A program made the position numbers and the translations under genes. Positions 37,581-46,569 of a DNA stretch of 64,000 bases are shown in pieces. Position 1 is the stretch's first letter, and each line of letters opens with the position of its first letter. The notes under the pieces are model-generated. The model was not told the DNA's origin. It made no database searches and saw only the letters and a program-made list of their open reading frames with translations. The DNA comes from Planctomycetota bacterium (GTDB lineage: Bacteria; Planctomycetota; UBA8108; SXIK01), in assembly GCA_965223265.1 (NCBI GenBank), contig OZ244999.1, forward strand, positions 3,808,001 through 3,872,000, read 5' to 3'.

Positions 37581-40500
37581 TCATTCCTGTGCCGTCTCTG
37601 ACGTTGGCGTCGCCTGCCAGTAGAGCGGCAGATAGCGGTAGTACACCTCGAGCGAAAGCGTCGCGAAACAGGTCGCCAGCACCTGCCCTCCCGCTTCCGA
37701 CCACGGTCCCGTCGGGTCCCAACTGCCGCGCCGAGCGCCGGAACGGTTCTGTGATTTGACGAGGTAATCGCGCACTTCCGTGTTCCAGCGCTCCCAAATC
37801 CAGCCTTGGTACTGATAAAGAGCCAAGGTCCCGTAATAGACGAGGTACAAGTTGTCGAGGTAACCACGGCGACGCGTCTCCGTATGTATGTAGCGAGCCG
37901 CCTCCTCGATGTTGTCGTCGCCGCGGCGAGCACCAAGCAGCTGCCGCGCGAACATGCCTTCGGCAACCATCGCAACACGCGGCTCCTCTGGTTTGGAGTA
38001 ACCGTAAATCCCACGGTGCTGCCCGCTCGACACCTCGACATCAAACCAGTGGCGAGCACGGTCGAAGACGCCACCGGGAAGCTTGAGCGCGCTCCCATGG
38101 ATGCTCGTCAAGGCCATCACCTGCCAGCCGCTCACGGACGTGTCGCCGCGCAGCGGGACGACAGGCAAGTACCGCCACCCCCCAGTGTTCGGGTTCTGCG
38201 CCTCAACGATGATCCGGGCGGCCTTCTCGATCGCCGGCAGCAGACGTTCGTCGCGACTCAGGATATAAGCCTCACTGAGCGCCAACGTCGCAATGCCGTG
38301 ATTGTACATGATGTACTTCTGGTCTGACCCGCTGAGCAGACCGGACTCAGTCTGAATGCTCAAAAGCCAACGTAAAGCCCTCAAGACCGTCATACGGTAT
38401 GGACTGTCGGGCTTCACGTGGGTGTGATTCTGCCCCAGGAAAGAGAGCACCGCGAGCCCGGTGACAGCGGCGTCGCACTGGGTGTGAAACCCCGGGGCGC
38501 CGCTATCGGGAAGCCGCTGCAGAAAACCATCAACGTCCCAACGACCGTCCTCGGACTGGCACGCCGCAAGCCACTCGAGCGCCAAACGGACGGCCAGCTC
38601 AGACTCGGCGGTACCGCCCATCCGCGGCACGAGAACCTTACGGCTCTCTTCACTCCTTGCGTCGCTCAAGCTCATTCGCTTCTGCGGACGACGTTCCGGC
38701 AATCGCTTTCGCGCCGGCGCGTCGATTCCAGGAACCGGCTCGAGGGGTCGGAGGAATTCTGCGGTCGCCACCTCGGTCGGCGATGGCGTGGAGGCGTCGG
38801 CGGTGAGTGGAGCAGAGTCACCCGCGACTGGCTCCCGGCGCGCGTCCACGGCCGGCGGCGCCGGCGGAGCCCCTGATTGGCGAGACACCTCGAGTTTCGT
38901 TCTTGCCGCCGGCGACAACTCTGCTCCAATCAGATCGGCTGCGTTGTCGCTCCCTTCACCAGGCTTCTGGCTCCGCTCACCGTCGGGTAAATCGGTTTGT
39001 GGCGCGCGAAGCGGCCCGCTCGACGCGACGGCAGAGTCGACCAACGAGCCTGGCGCAGGCGACGTACTCAAAGTCGCGGGAGAAGCCTCTTGGACCGCGT
39101 TCAAACCGTCAGCCGGGGCAATCGCTGGTCGCGCCTGCGACACGTCACGCTGGCTGAGTAGCTCGGCGCGCGCGACCTCATCGCCTGCCGCGGGTTCCCA
39201 CCGACGCACCGCGTCAAGCTCGGCCGGCTCGACACGCAGGTTCTCATCGACGGCCTCTTGCCGCCGCTCGGCCAGCGCCGCAGTCTCGGGCATCTGGGGC
39301 TGAGTCGCAGCCTCAGATGGCTGCGCCCGTGGCGGCGGCAGCGGACTCCTCTGAAAACGCGCCTCGGGAGACGTCACCGCTTCGGTGCCCACCGCAGGGG
39401 CGTGCCAACGTCGCTGCGGTTGCACAGCCGCGATCAGCGGCGGCGCCGACGTTTCGAGCTGCGGTGGAGTCGGCCGCGCCGAGGCTTCACTCCTCGTCGC
39501 TTCAGCACGCGGCGCCAAACTCAGTTCCGCCTCTCGATCAGCCGACTGCGCCGGCACCGGAATGCTGCTCACGAGCTCCTCGGTTGGCGTCGTCGCCGCG
39601 TGGGTCAGCGGCGGTAGAACTTTCGGAGGTAGCGCCGGCGCCTGCACCTGTGTCCGCGCCTGCTGGACCTGCTCAGCCCGCACTTCGGTAGCGAGCGACG
39701 GAACGGTCTCGACGACAGTTCCTACCGGTCCTGGACGGGGAGTCTCCGCTGCAACTTTCAGACTCAGTCCGACGCCCACCGGCGTCGTGGCGTCGACCTC
39801 ATCGCTTGCGGGAGAAGATTCGGGCGCCGGCAGCGTGTCTGCTTCTGCGGCGACTGTGGCGAGCGCATCAGGACGCAACTGTTCGACGATCGGATCTTGG
39901 CGCCGCTCGAACGGTACCGGTGGAAGTGATGTATCGACGCGCGCGGTCGTCGCGTTCGAGAACGGTTGAACTTTCTCGAATTGAGGTACGGCGACCCTCT
40001 CCACGGCGACGTCCAGTGCAGATGGATCGGCGAGCATTGGGCTGTCGCGGAGTGTCGGTTGGGGCTCAACCGTCGCATCGAGAGGGTCCTGATCCGGCAG
40101 CTCGATTTTGATGCGTTGAGTCTCCTGTGTCAGCCGAGCCTGAAGAGTTTTCTCGATGGTCACTTCGGCGAGCACAGTCTTTGCGCGCACCTGCGCCAAT
40201 TGAGAACCGATCTGCCAGAAATAGAAGACGTAGAGGAGCCCGACATGGAGCAGCACTGCGACGACGGCACAGCGAGCGTAGAGGTTCATCGCCCAAAGCC
40301 GACGATACCGCATCAGAACCAACGTCAGGATAAACAAGACCACGGCGCCGAGGGCTAAGCCGCCGACTTGCAACAGATACTGCGTCACCGCGTCGATCGG
40401 GACGGCAGCGACGGAAAGCTCCGGCGCGACCTCGTGTGAGCGACTCTCGAAATGAAAGGACGCACCCGTCTTCGGGTCACGAACCTCATACGCCAAACCG

Positions 40501-41573
40501 AAGCCTTCGAGTAAGAGTTGCGGGGCCGAATCATCGAGCCGTGTGTTCACTGGCGGCCCGATATTCTCTGGAGAATCAACCTGGAGGGTGGTCACTTCGT
40601 TAGGATCAAGGCCGAGGAGGCGGCAGCGGCTTCGGTAGAGATCACGACTCCCAAAGCCGCCATCGCGACTCGAAGAAAAGTAGAGGAACGTGCCACTCGG
40701 ACTGAACGCGGGGCGTTCCTCATCCCTCTCGGTCACGAGGGAGGCGAGCGGCTGCGGCTCAGACCAACCGCGAAGCGATCCATCGGGTGGAGCGATGGCA
40801 TAGGCCAGCTCGAAGTCAGCTGCTTGCCAATTCTCAAGCGGCACGTCGTCCCATGAAGTGGGCGGGGCAAACAGAAACCCACGTGGCCGATTCGTCGCGA
40901 AGACAATCAGTCGCCTCGAGGGGTGTAACGTCGCGCCCACGTCATCAAACGGAGAATTGATCTGCGATCCAAGCGCGCGGGGGGGCGACCAAGCGCCGTC
41001 CGCGAAGCGGCTGGCATAGAGGTCGAAACCGCCAAAGCCTCCGGGGCGATTGCTCGCGAACAATAGAAGCGTGCCGTCGTGACTCAGCGTCGGCGCGATC
41101 TCATCGTGCGGCGAATGGAACGCGGCCTCCTCACCTCCGAGAAGAGTCGGGCCAGTCCATCCCTGCGGTGTCAAGTGACGTACAAAGATGTCACGCGTCC
41201 CGGCAGCGGTCTTCAGCGCGACGAGGAGGCGCGGGGCGCTCGACGGAATGGTTCCAACGACGGTTTCGTCCTGCCGTGCGCCTGGGCGATCGTGAATCTC
41301 TTCGGGCGGGGACCAGAGCACACTGCGCACGTTCAAGCGGTCCCGAGAATCCCAAATTGCATCGCCGTCTCGGTAGATCCACCTCACGTATCCAAACTTG
41401 AGGCCAACCCAGATGAGGACACCGAGCAGCAGACAGAGAAAGGCGACACTCCAGCCAGCAATCGTCCAGTACTGAAACCGACCCCACCTGCCTGCTGCGG
41501 CGACGGTGTGCTCCTCGTCACGTTTCTTTCTAGACCGCCCACGGTCTGGTCGGTGTCGTGCGCGCCGCCTCAT
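37581..41573 (-). CDS. Multidomain membrane protein: PD40/TolB-like propeller, TMs, Pro/Ala-rich stalk, C-terminal prenyltransferase-repeat barrel
   Basis: ATGA-coupled to exbD (start 41573). PD40 repeats (PTLSHDGTLLLFASNRPGGFGGFDLY). TM with AVLLH. Barrel motifs QSEDGRW, QNPNTGGWRY, LEVYYRYLP. Confidence 0.85.
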   Translation of the reverse strand: MRRRARHRPDRGRSRKKRDEEHTVAAAGRWGRFQYWTIAGWSVAFLCLLLGVLIWVGLKFGYVRWIYRDGDAIWDSRDRLNVRSVLWSPPEEIHDRPGARQDETVVGTIPSSAPRLLVALKTAAGTRDIFVRHLTPQGWTGPTLLGGEEAAFHSPHDEIAPTLSHDGTLLLFASNRPGGFGGFDLYASRFADGAWSPPRALGSQINSPFDDVGATLHPSRRLIVFATNRPRGFLFAPPTSWDDVPLENWQAADFELAYAIAPPDGSLRGWSEPQPLASLVTERDEERPAFSPSGTFLYFSSSRDGGFGSRDLYRSRCRLLGLDPNEVTTLQVDSPENIGPPVNTRLDDSAPQLLLEGFGLAYEVRDPKTGASFHFESRSHEVAPELSVAAVPIDAVTQYLLQVGGLALGAVVLFILTLVLMRYRRLWAMNLYARCAVVAVLLHVGLLYVFYFWQIGSQLAQVRAKTVLAEVTIEKTLQARLTQETQRIKIELPDQDPLDATVEPQPTLRDSPMLADPSALDVAVERVAVPQFEKVQPFSNATTARVDTSLPPVPFERRQDPIVEQLRPDALATVAAEADTLPAPESSPASDEVDATTPVGVGLSLKVAAETPRPGPVGTVVETVPSLATEVRAEQVQQARTQVQAPALPPKVLPPLTHAATTPTEELVSSIPVPAQSADREAELSLAPRAEATRSEASARPTPPQLETSAPPLIAAVQPQRRWHAPAVGTEAVTSPEARFQRSPLPPPRAQPSEAATQPQMPETAALAERRQEAVDENLRVEPAELDAVRRWEPAAGDEVARAELLSQRDVSQARPAIAPADGLNAVQEASPATLSTSPAPGSLVDSAVASSGPLRAPQTDLPDGERSQKPGEGSDNAADLIGAELSPAARTKLEVSRQSGAPPAPPAVDARREPVAGDSAPLTADASTPSPTEVATAEFLRPLEPVPGIDAPARKRLPERRPQKRMSLSDARSEESRKVLVPRMGGTAESELAVRLALEWLAACQSEDGRWDVDGFLQRLPDSGAPGFHTQCDAAVTGLAVLSFLGQNHTHVKPDSPYRMTVLRALRWLLSIQTESGLLSGSDQKYIMYNHGIATLALSEAYILSRDERLLPAIEKAARIIVEAQNPNTGGWRYLPVVPLRGDTSVSGWQVMALTSIHGSALKLPGGVFDRARHWFDVEVSSGQHRGIYGYSKPEEPRVAMVAEGMFARQLLGARRGDDNIEEAARYIHTETRRRGYLDNLYLVYYGTLALYQYQGWIWERWNTEVRDYLVKSQNRSGARRGSWDPTGPWSEAGGQVLATCFATLSLEVYYRYLPLYWQATPTSETAQE

Positions 41574-41986
41574 TCCGCCCCTTGAACGTAGGCAATGTTG
41601 GGATACTTGAACCCTACGCGCACGCAAATCTCGATCGTCTCGACGAGCGGACCGACGAGCCCTCTGACGTCCGGCCGCACGACGACATCACCGTCTGGTT
41701 TGGCGGCATGCCTCTCGCGTACGATCTGCTCAAGCTCATCGAGTGCACGCACACGACCGTCGACAATCTTTTGTCCGTCCTTGTCGATGTTGATCACCAG
41801 CAGCTCCGATACGGTACCGATGGGCATGTCGGAGCGGCTCTTCGCGAGTCGCACAGACTCATCGCGTTCCGCCTCGTGGAAACGACTCGTGGCGATAAAG
41901 AACACGACAAGGATGAACATCATGTCAATGAACGGCGTCATGTTTGGCATGACGCCGTTGGAACTTCTATCCCGTCGGACTCTCAT
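41570..41986 (-). CDS. exbD: ExbD/TolR family biopolymer transport protein
   Basis: NMTPFIDMMFILVVFF with the conserved TM Asp; VVVRPD. Confidence 0.93.
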   Translation of the reverse strand: MRVRRDRSSNGVMPNMTPFIDMMFILVVFFIATSRFHEAERDESVRLAKSRSDMPIGTVSELLVINIDKDGQKIVDGRVRALDELEQIVRERHAAKPDGDVVVRPDVRGLVGPLVETIEICVRVGFKYPNIAYVQGAE

Positions 41987-42783
41987 GCTCTGATCTGTTT
42001 CTCGTCGCGTTTCTTGCGGCGGTGAGCGGACTGACCTTCCGGCTCGGGCACCGCATCGTCGCCGTAGTAAAACTCGAGAAACCGTGACGAAGCCTCCTCG
42101 ACGCTATCGATGACGCGATCGCCGCGCCCCTTGAAATAGTAGTTCAGAACCATCGCAGGAATTGCCACGCTCAAGCCGGCCGCGGTCGTCACCAGGGCGC
42201 GGTAGATTCCGTCGGAGAGTTTCTGCGCTCTTTCGGTCGACTCTGCAGCACTCGCCTCGCCAAAGCAGAGGATCATCCCGAGAACCGTGCCCAGCAGTCC
42301 AAGCAGCGGCGCCAAGTTGGCGACGATCGAAAACGGCCTTAGACGCCGATCGAGGAGATGCATCTCTTTGGTCACGATCTCCTCGAGTGCGGCTTCCGCA
42401 TGCTCTTCGTTTCGATGAAGCCTTCCGACCCCGGCCTGCAGCACGCGACCGATGAGTGTATCGCCGACGTCGACCTCCTCACTAGTGGTCGCAGCGGCAG
42501 CGCGCGACGGCAAAGCCTGTTCGACATCGTCGACCAGATCCGGCGTACCAATACGGGAACGGCGCAGACTGATAAGGCGCTCAATTGCTGCCGTGGCAAT
42601 CACGAACGAGCAAAGAAAGATGGGATACATGAGCGGCCCGCCCTTCATCATCAGCGTGAATACCGTCTCCTGTGAGGCTGACTGAGGTGCTTCTGCCGCC
42701 GCGGCGTCCTGAGCGCACGCAAGTGACGTTGCAGCGAGCGCCCCGAGCGCGGTGACAACGTTTCTAAGACCCGTTCGGTCCAT
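41983..42783 (-). CDS. exbB: MotA/TolQ/ExbB proton channel
   Basis: GGPLMYPI, APLLGLLGTVLGMI, ALVTTAAGLSVAIP. Confidence 0.95.
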   Translation of the reverse strand: MDRTGLRNVVTALGALAATSLACAQDAAAAEAPQSASQETVFTLMMKGGPLMYPIFLCSFVIATAAIERLISLRRSRIGTPDLVDDVEQALPSRAAAATTSEEVDVGDTLIGRVLQAGVGRLHRNEEHAEAALEEIVTKEMHLLDRRLRPFSIVANLAPLLGLLGTVLGMILCFGEASAAESTERAQKLSDGIYRALVTTAAGLSVAIPAMVLNYYFKGRGDRVIDSVEEASSRFLEFYYGDDAVPEPEGQSAHRRKKRDEKQIRA

Positions 42784-42785
42784 AC

Positions 42786-45700
42786 TCAGTCGATCTCCAA
42801 TCTGCGCAAGCGTTCTCGGGCCAGTTTCGCCTCGTCACTCTTCGGGTACGACTTCACGACGTTGCGATAGTACTTTCCGGCATTTTCCGGATCTTTCAGC
42901 TCTTCGAAGCAGCCCGCCACTTGGAGCACGGCCTTCGACGTCCACTCTTCGTAAGCGAAGCTCGCCTCGACTTTGAGAAACTCAAGAATCGCTTTGCGGA
43001 ACTGTTTGCGGGCGACAAGGCACTGACCAACCTGAAACTGCGCCCGCGCCGCCGTTGGTGTCGAGTTTCCAGCGGCGGCCAGCGAGTATGCATCGATCGC
43101 CTTGTCCAAAGCCCCAAGGTTCTCGTGGGCCCAGCCCTCTCCGAAGTGAGCCCGGTACGTTGCGTCATGATCGGGATAACGCTCACGAAAAGCCGTGAAC
43201 ACCTTCAATGCCACATCGAAATGGCGATCTTCCAATTCGCTTTCACCGTGACCGAGCATGGCAAGTGGAGCCTCCCGGCTCTCCGGGAACGATTCGCTGA
43301 TGCGTTGAAACAGTTTTCCGGCCGACGTCACCTTGTCCTGATCAAGAAGGGTTTTGGCGGCGAGATAGGCCAGTTCCGGGAAGTGGTCGCTCTTGGCGTA
43401 GCGGGCGTGAAATCGCTTGAATGTAGCCAGGAGCTCCTCGTGTTCCTGAAGCTTGTAGTGAGCCCAGCAAAGCCGATACAAAGCACCTTCTTGGTGTTGA
43501 CTGCTTTCAAACCGCGGCGTCTCCATCAACTTCAACAGAAGCGCTCTCGCGTTCTCATAGTTCTTCTGTTCGAACTGCATCTCTGCAAGCTCGAGCTGAA
43601 CGACGAAACTGAACTCCGCGTGCCGTTTGTCGTCGGCAGACGCTTCCAAGATCGCCAACTGGTCTGCGAGTTCCTGATACGTCTCGACGGCCCTCTCAGG
43701 TCGGTCCATGCCGCGGTAGCACCATGCAATCTCGTACAAAATGCGACTCATTTCGCTCGGCGAATTCGGCGCTTCCTTTAGTTTCCAAAGCATCGCCAGA
43801 GCCTCTTCGTGCTGCCCTGTCTTGGAAAGCTGGCTCGCTTCCTCAAGCAGCACTAGGCTGAGGCGGGAGTCGTCGGGGTTCCGTTCGCGAAACTGAGCCA
43901 GCACCTCCTGTGCTTCGTCACCCCTGCCACTGGCTCGAAGACTCAACGCCAGTCGGTACTGAGCATCGGCGGCAACAGCGCTGTCCGGATAGCGATCAAC
44001 GATGCGACGAAAGTATTTTACGGCACGTTCATGCTCTTCCTGCTCGGAGCGATAGACGCCCACAAAAAAGAGCGCTCGCGGTAAGAACTTTGACTTGGGG
44101 TGGTTCTTGATCAGCCGGCGGAATCCTTTCTCGGCGAGGCTCTTCTTCCCCTCCTCGTGAGCGGTCTGACCAATTTCCAAGAGCACCTGATCACTGTATG
44201 GGTGGTCCGGATCAGTCTTCAGAATCTCCAGGTAAACGCTGCGCGCCGCCGACCAATTTTGCGCCAACTGGTGACTGTGTGCGATCTTGAAATGCGCGTC
44301 CCGTTTCTGCGCCAGAAGCTCACTTCGAACAGACTCTGGCGCGTTTTCGACGGCCTCGAGGAACGCGGACAACCGCTCGATAGCGACGTCATATTGTCCC
44401 AATTGGTAAGCCGCGTCGCCGCGATAATACGCGACCGAGAGCAGCTGAGGATCTGCACTGTTCACCGGCACTTCGACGCTGGTGAGATAGTCGGTCGCCT
44501 CCTGATACTTTTCCTGGAGGTGCAGGGCCTGCCCGACTCTCACTCGTGCGCGCGCGATCGCCGCGGCGTCGACGCTCGCAGTGGCGCTCGACACGAATCC
44601 CTCATAGGCCTGGATCGCGCCAGCCAAGTCACCGGCGGCGAATCGATTCTCTCCCGCCAACTGCTGAACGTCCGGCAAGTATGCGCTCTCTCCGTAGCGT
44701 GCAAGAAACTGAGAGCAGGCCTCGCCCGCCGCGGTGTAGTCTCCAGCGCGGTGCAGACAGAACGCCAGCAGATAGAGCGCATGATCGGCTTTCGACGTCG
44801 AGCCGAAATCCTGCAGAAAAGATCGAAAGGAACTCGCTGCGCCAGAGTAATCTTCAGCTGCAACAGCATTCAGACCGAATTGAAGCTCGAGATCGGCGCG
44901 CAGCGCGCTGCGGGGAAACTTCTGAACAGCAGCTTCAACAACCGCCGTCGCGGCCTCGATCTTGCCGTTCGACTTGAGCAGTCGTGAGAGGACGAGCGAG
45001 GCGTGATCACCGACACTCTCCGAGTCAACGAGCTCGCCCAAAAGATCCTCTGCCGCATCGCCTTTGCCGAGCTCGATGCGGGCTCGCGCGAGCAGAAGAA
45101 GCGCCTGATGTTGGTGCTCGCCGTTGCCCTTCGACCCTATGGTCTTCGCCAGAACCTGCTCGGCCTGTTCGAACTTCCCGGCCCGAAAAAGAGCGCTGCC
45201 AAGCCCGAAGCTTCCCAGCTCACGGAAGACACTATTTTCGGAGTCGGCCAGGCTCTCGAAGAGCTTGCTGGCACCAGCCTCATCACCCTGCTCGGCAAGC
45301 ATGAGGGCGACCATGTACCGGGCGTCTTCTGCATGGTGGCCGCTGGACTGTGCGACGTGGCGAAAGATCTTCAACGCGTCGGCAGCACCCTCTTCACCCT
45401 TCTGTGCAAGGTGGTAGAGACTCATGCCGAGATAAAACGTGGCGCGATCGTATTCGTCGCCCTGCGGCTTTGACGTCAAGAACTCCTTGTAGCGGTCGAC
45501 CGCGTCGTGGAACTCCTTCAGGTGATAGCGGCACTCCGCTAGGCCGAGCGTAGCGATCGCCACGTGTTTTTGTTTGGCACCGCTTCTCACGACCCATTCG
45601 AAGGCCTTCTCCGCGCCGCGGTAGTCTTGCAACCTGAGCAGAGCTTGCCCCAGAACCCGTGTCGCCTCGGCCTTCACTTTGAAGCGCTTCGATGAAAGAG

Positions 45701-46205
45701 CGCGACGCAGCGAGGCGACGGACGCCTCGAGATGCTTTCGCGGTGAGAACTCTTCGCCGTCTTGCGTCACAGACGGAGGCTTCGTGGCGACGTGGTAGTG
45801 ACTCAGCCCCAACGCATAGTGGACCAATCCCAAGTCACGGAATTCTGGGTGCTGAACGACGAACTCTTCATACTCAGGAATCGCGACGTGATAGAGTTGA
45901 CGATTGAAAGCGTAGTTAATCTTGAGGAATTTTTCTCTCACTGGATCTGCCTTACGCCGCTTCGAGCGCGACTCAGACTGCGCAAAAGAAGACGCAGTCA
46001 TGCAGACGCAGAACGCAGCCAGTGTGACGAGGGACAGCGACGAAAGCCCAGCTCGGAAGCAACGCACGCTGATACCGAACGAGCGCACATCCCGATCGCT
46101 GCAAATCGATGGCGACGAAATCACGCCCCGCGCAAAACGTAGCGCGCCGCTTTGGCTCGCTATTTCGCGGTCGTTGGGTCTGACGGCCATTCTGTGCTCC
46201 AACAT
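42786..46205 (-). CDS. Very large exported TPR-repeat protein (CpoB/BamD-like repeats); start uncertain
   Basis: Many TPR-like units with YP.S..A..A.Y.L motifs; signal-like LSLVTLAAFCVCMTASSFAQ. Confidence 0.88.
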   Translation of the reverse strand: MLEHRMAVRPNDREIASQSGALRFARGVISSPSICSDRDVRSFGISVRCFRAGLSSLSLVTLAAFCVCMTASSFAQSESRSKRRKADPVREKFLKINYAFNRQLYHVAIPEYEEFVVQHPEFRDLGLVHYALGLSHYHVATKPPSVTQDGEEFSPRKHLEASVASLRRALSSKRFKVKAEATRVLGQALLRLQDYRGAEKAFEWVVRSGAKQKHVAIATLGLAECRYHLKEFHDAVDRYKEFLTSKPQGDEYDRATFYLGMSLYHLAQKGEEGAADALKIFRHVAQSSGHHAEDARYMVALMLAEQGDEAGASKLFESLADSENSVFRELGSFGLGSALFRAGKFEQAEQVLAKTIGSKGNGEHQHQALLLLARARIELGKGDAAEDLLGELVDSESVGDHASLVLSRLLKSNGKIEAATAVVEAAVQKFPRSALRADLELQFGLNAVAAEDYSGAASSFRSFLQDFGSTSKADHALYLLAFCLHRAGDYTAAGEACSQFLARYGESAYLPDVQQLAGENRFAAGDLAGAIQAYEGFVSSATASVDAAAIARARVRVGQALHLQEKYQEATDYLTSVEVPVNSADPQLLSVAYYRGDAAYQLGQYDVAIERLSAFLEAVENAPESVRSELLAQKRDAHFKIAHSHQLAQNWSAARSVYLEILKTDPDHPYSDQVLLEIGQTAHEEGKKSLAEKGFRRLIKNHPKSKFLPRALFFVGVYRSEQEEHERAVKYFRRIVDRYPDSAVAADAQYRLALSLRASGRGDEAQEVLAQFRERNPDDSRLSLVLLEEASQLSKTGQHEEALAMLWKLKEAPNSPSEMSRILYEIAWCYRGMDRPERAVETYQELADQLAILEASADDKRHAEFSFVVQLELAEMQFEQKNYENARALLLKLMETPRFESSQHQEGALYRLCWAHYKLQEHEELLATFKRFHARYAKSDHFPELAYLAAKTLLDQDKVTSAGKLFQRISESFPESREAPLAMLGHGESELEDRHFDVALKVFTAFRERYPDHDATYRAHFGEGWAHENLGALDKAIDAYSLAAAGNSTPTAARAQFQVGQCLVARKQFRKAILEFLKVEASFAYEEWTSKAVLQVAGCFEELKDPENAGKYYRNVVKSYPKSDEAKLARERLRRLEID

Positions 46206-46569
46206 CGATTGATCTATTTGCGCAGTGCCGCTCGAGAGCTCGAGCGGCAGACTCCACCGAAACCGGAGTCGAGACGGGTCGCGCGAACTCCTGCGATGCA
46301 GTCATGAAGGCAGGGGATGAGACGAGCCCGCACGTCTCGAATCAAGGCGAACTGCTGAAGCGGGAGCGTCCGAAGCCGCAGTTCTCGATGAGATATTGTC
46401 TTCCGGCAATTTCCGTCAGTATACGCGCCGGTGGGGTCGATGGTAGCCAATTCCCTTTGCGGCTTCGGACGGAAAAAGCAACCAGTTCGCGAACGCCGCG
46501 CAATGTCGTGTGGCGTCGTTCGGTGTTGTGCAGCAGATAGCGTCGCGGTCACTACGCTCGGAGATCGCT

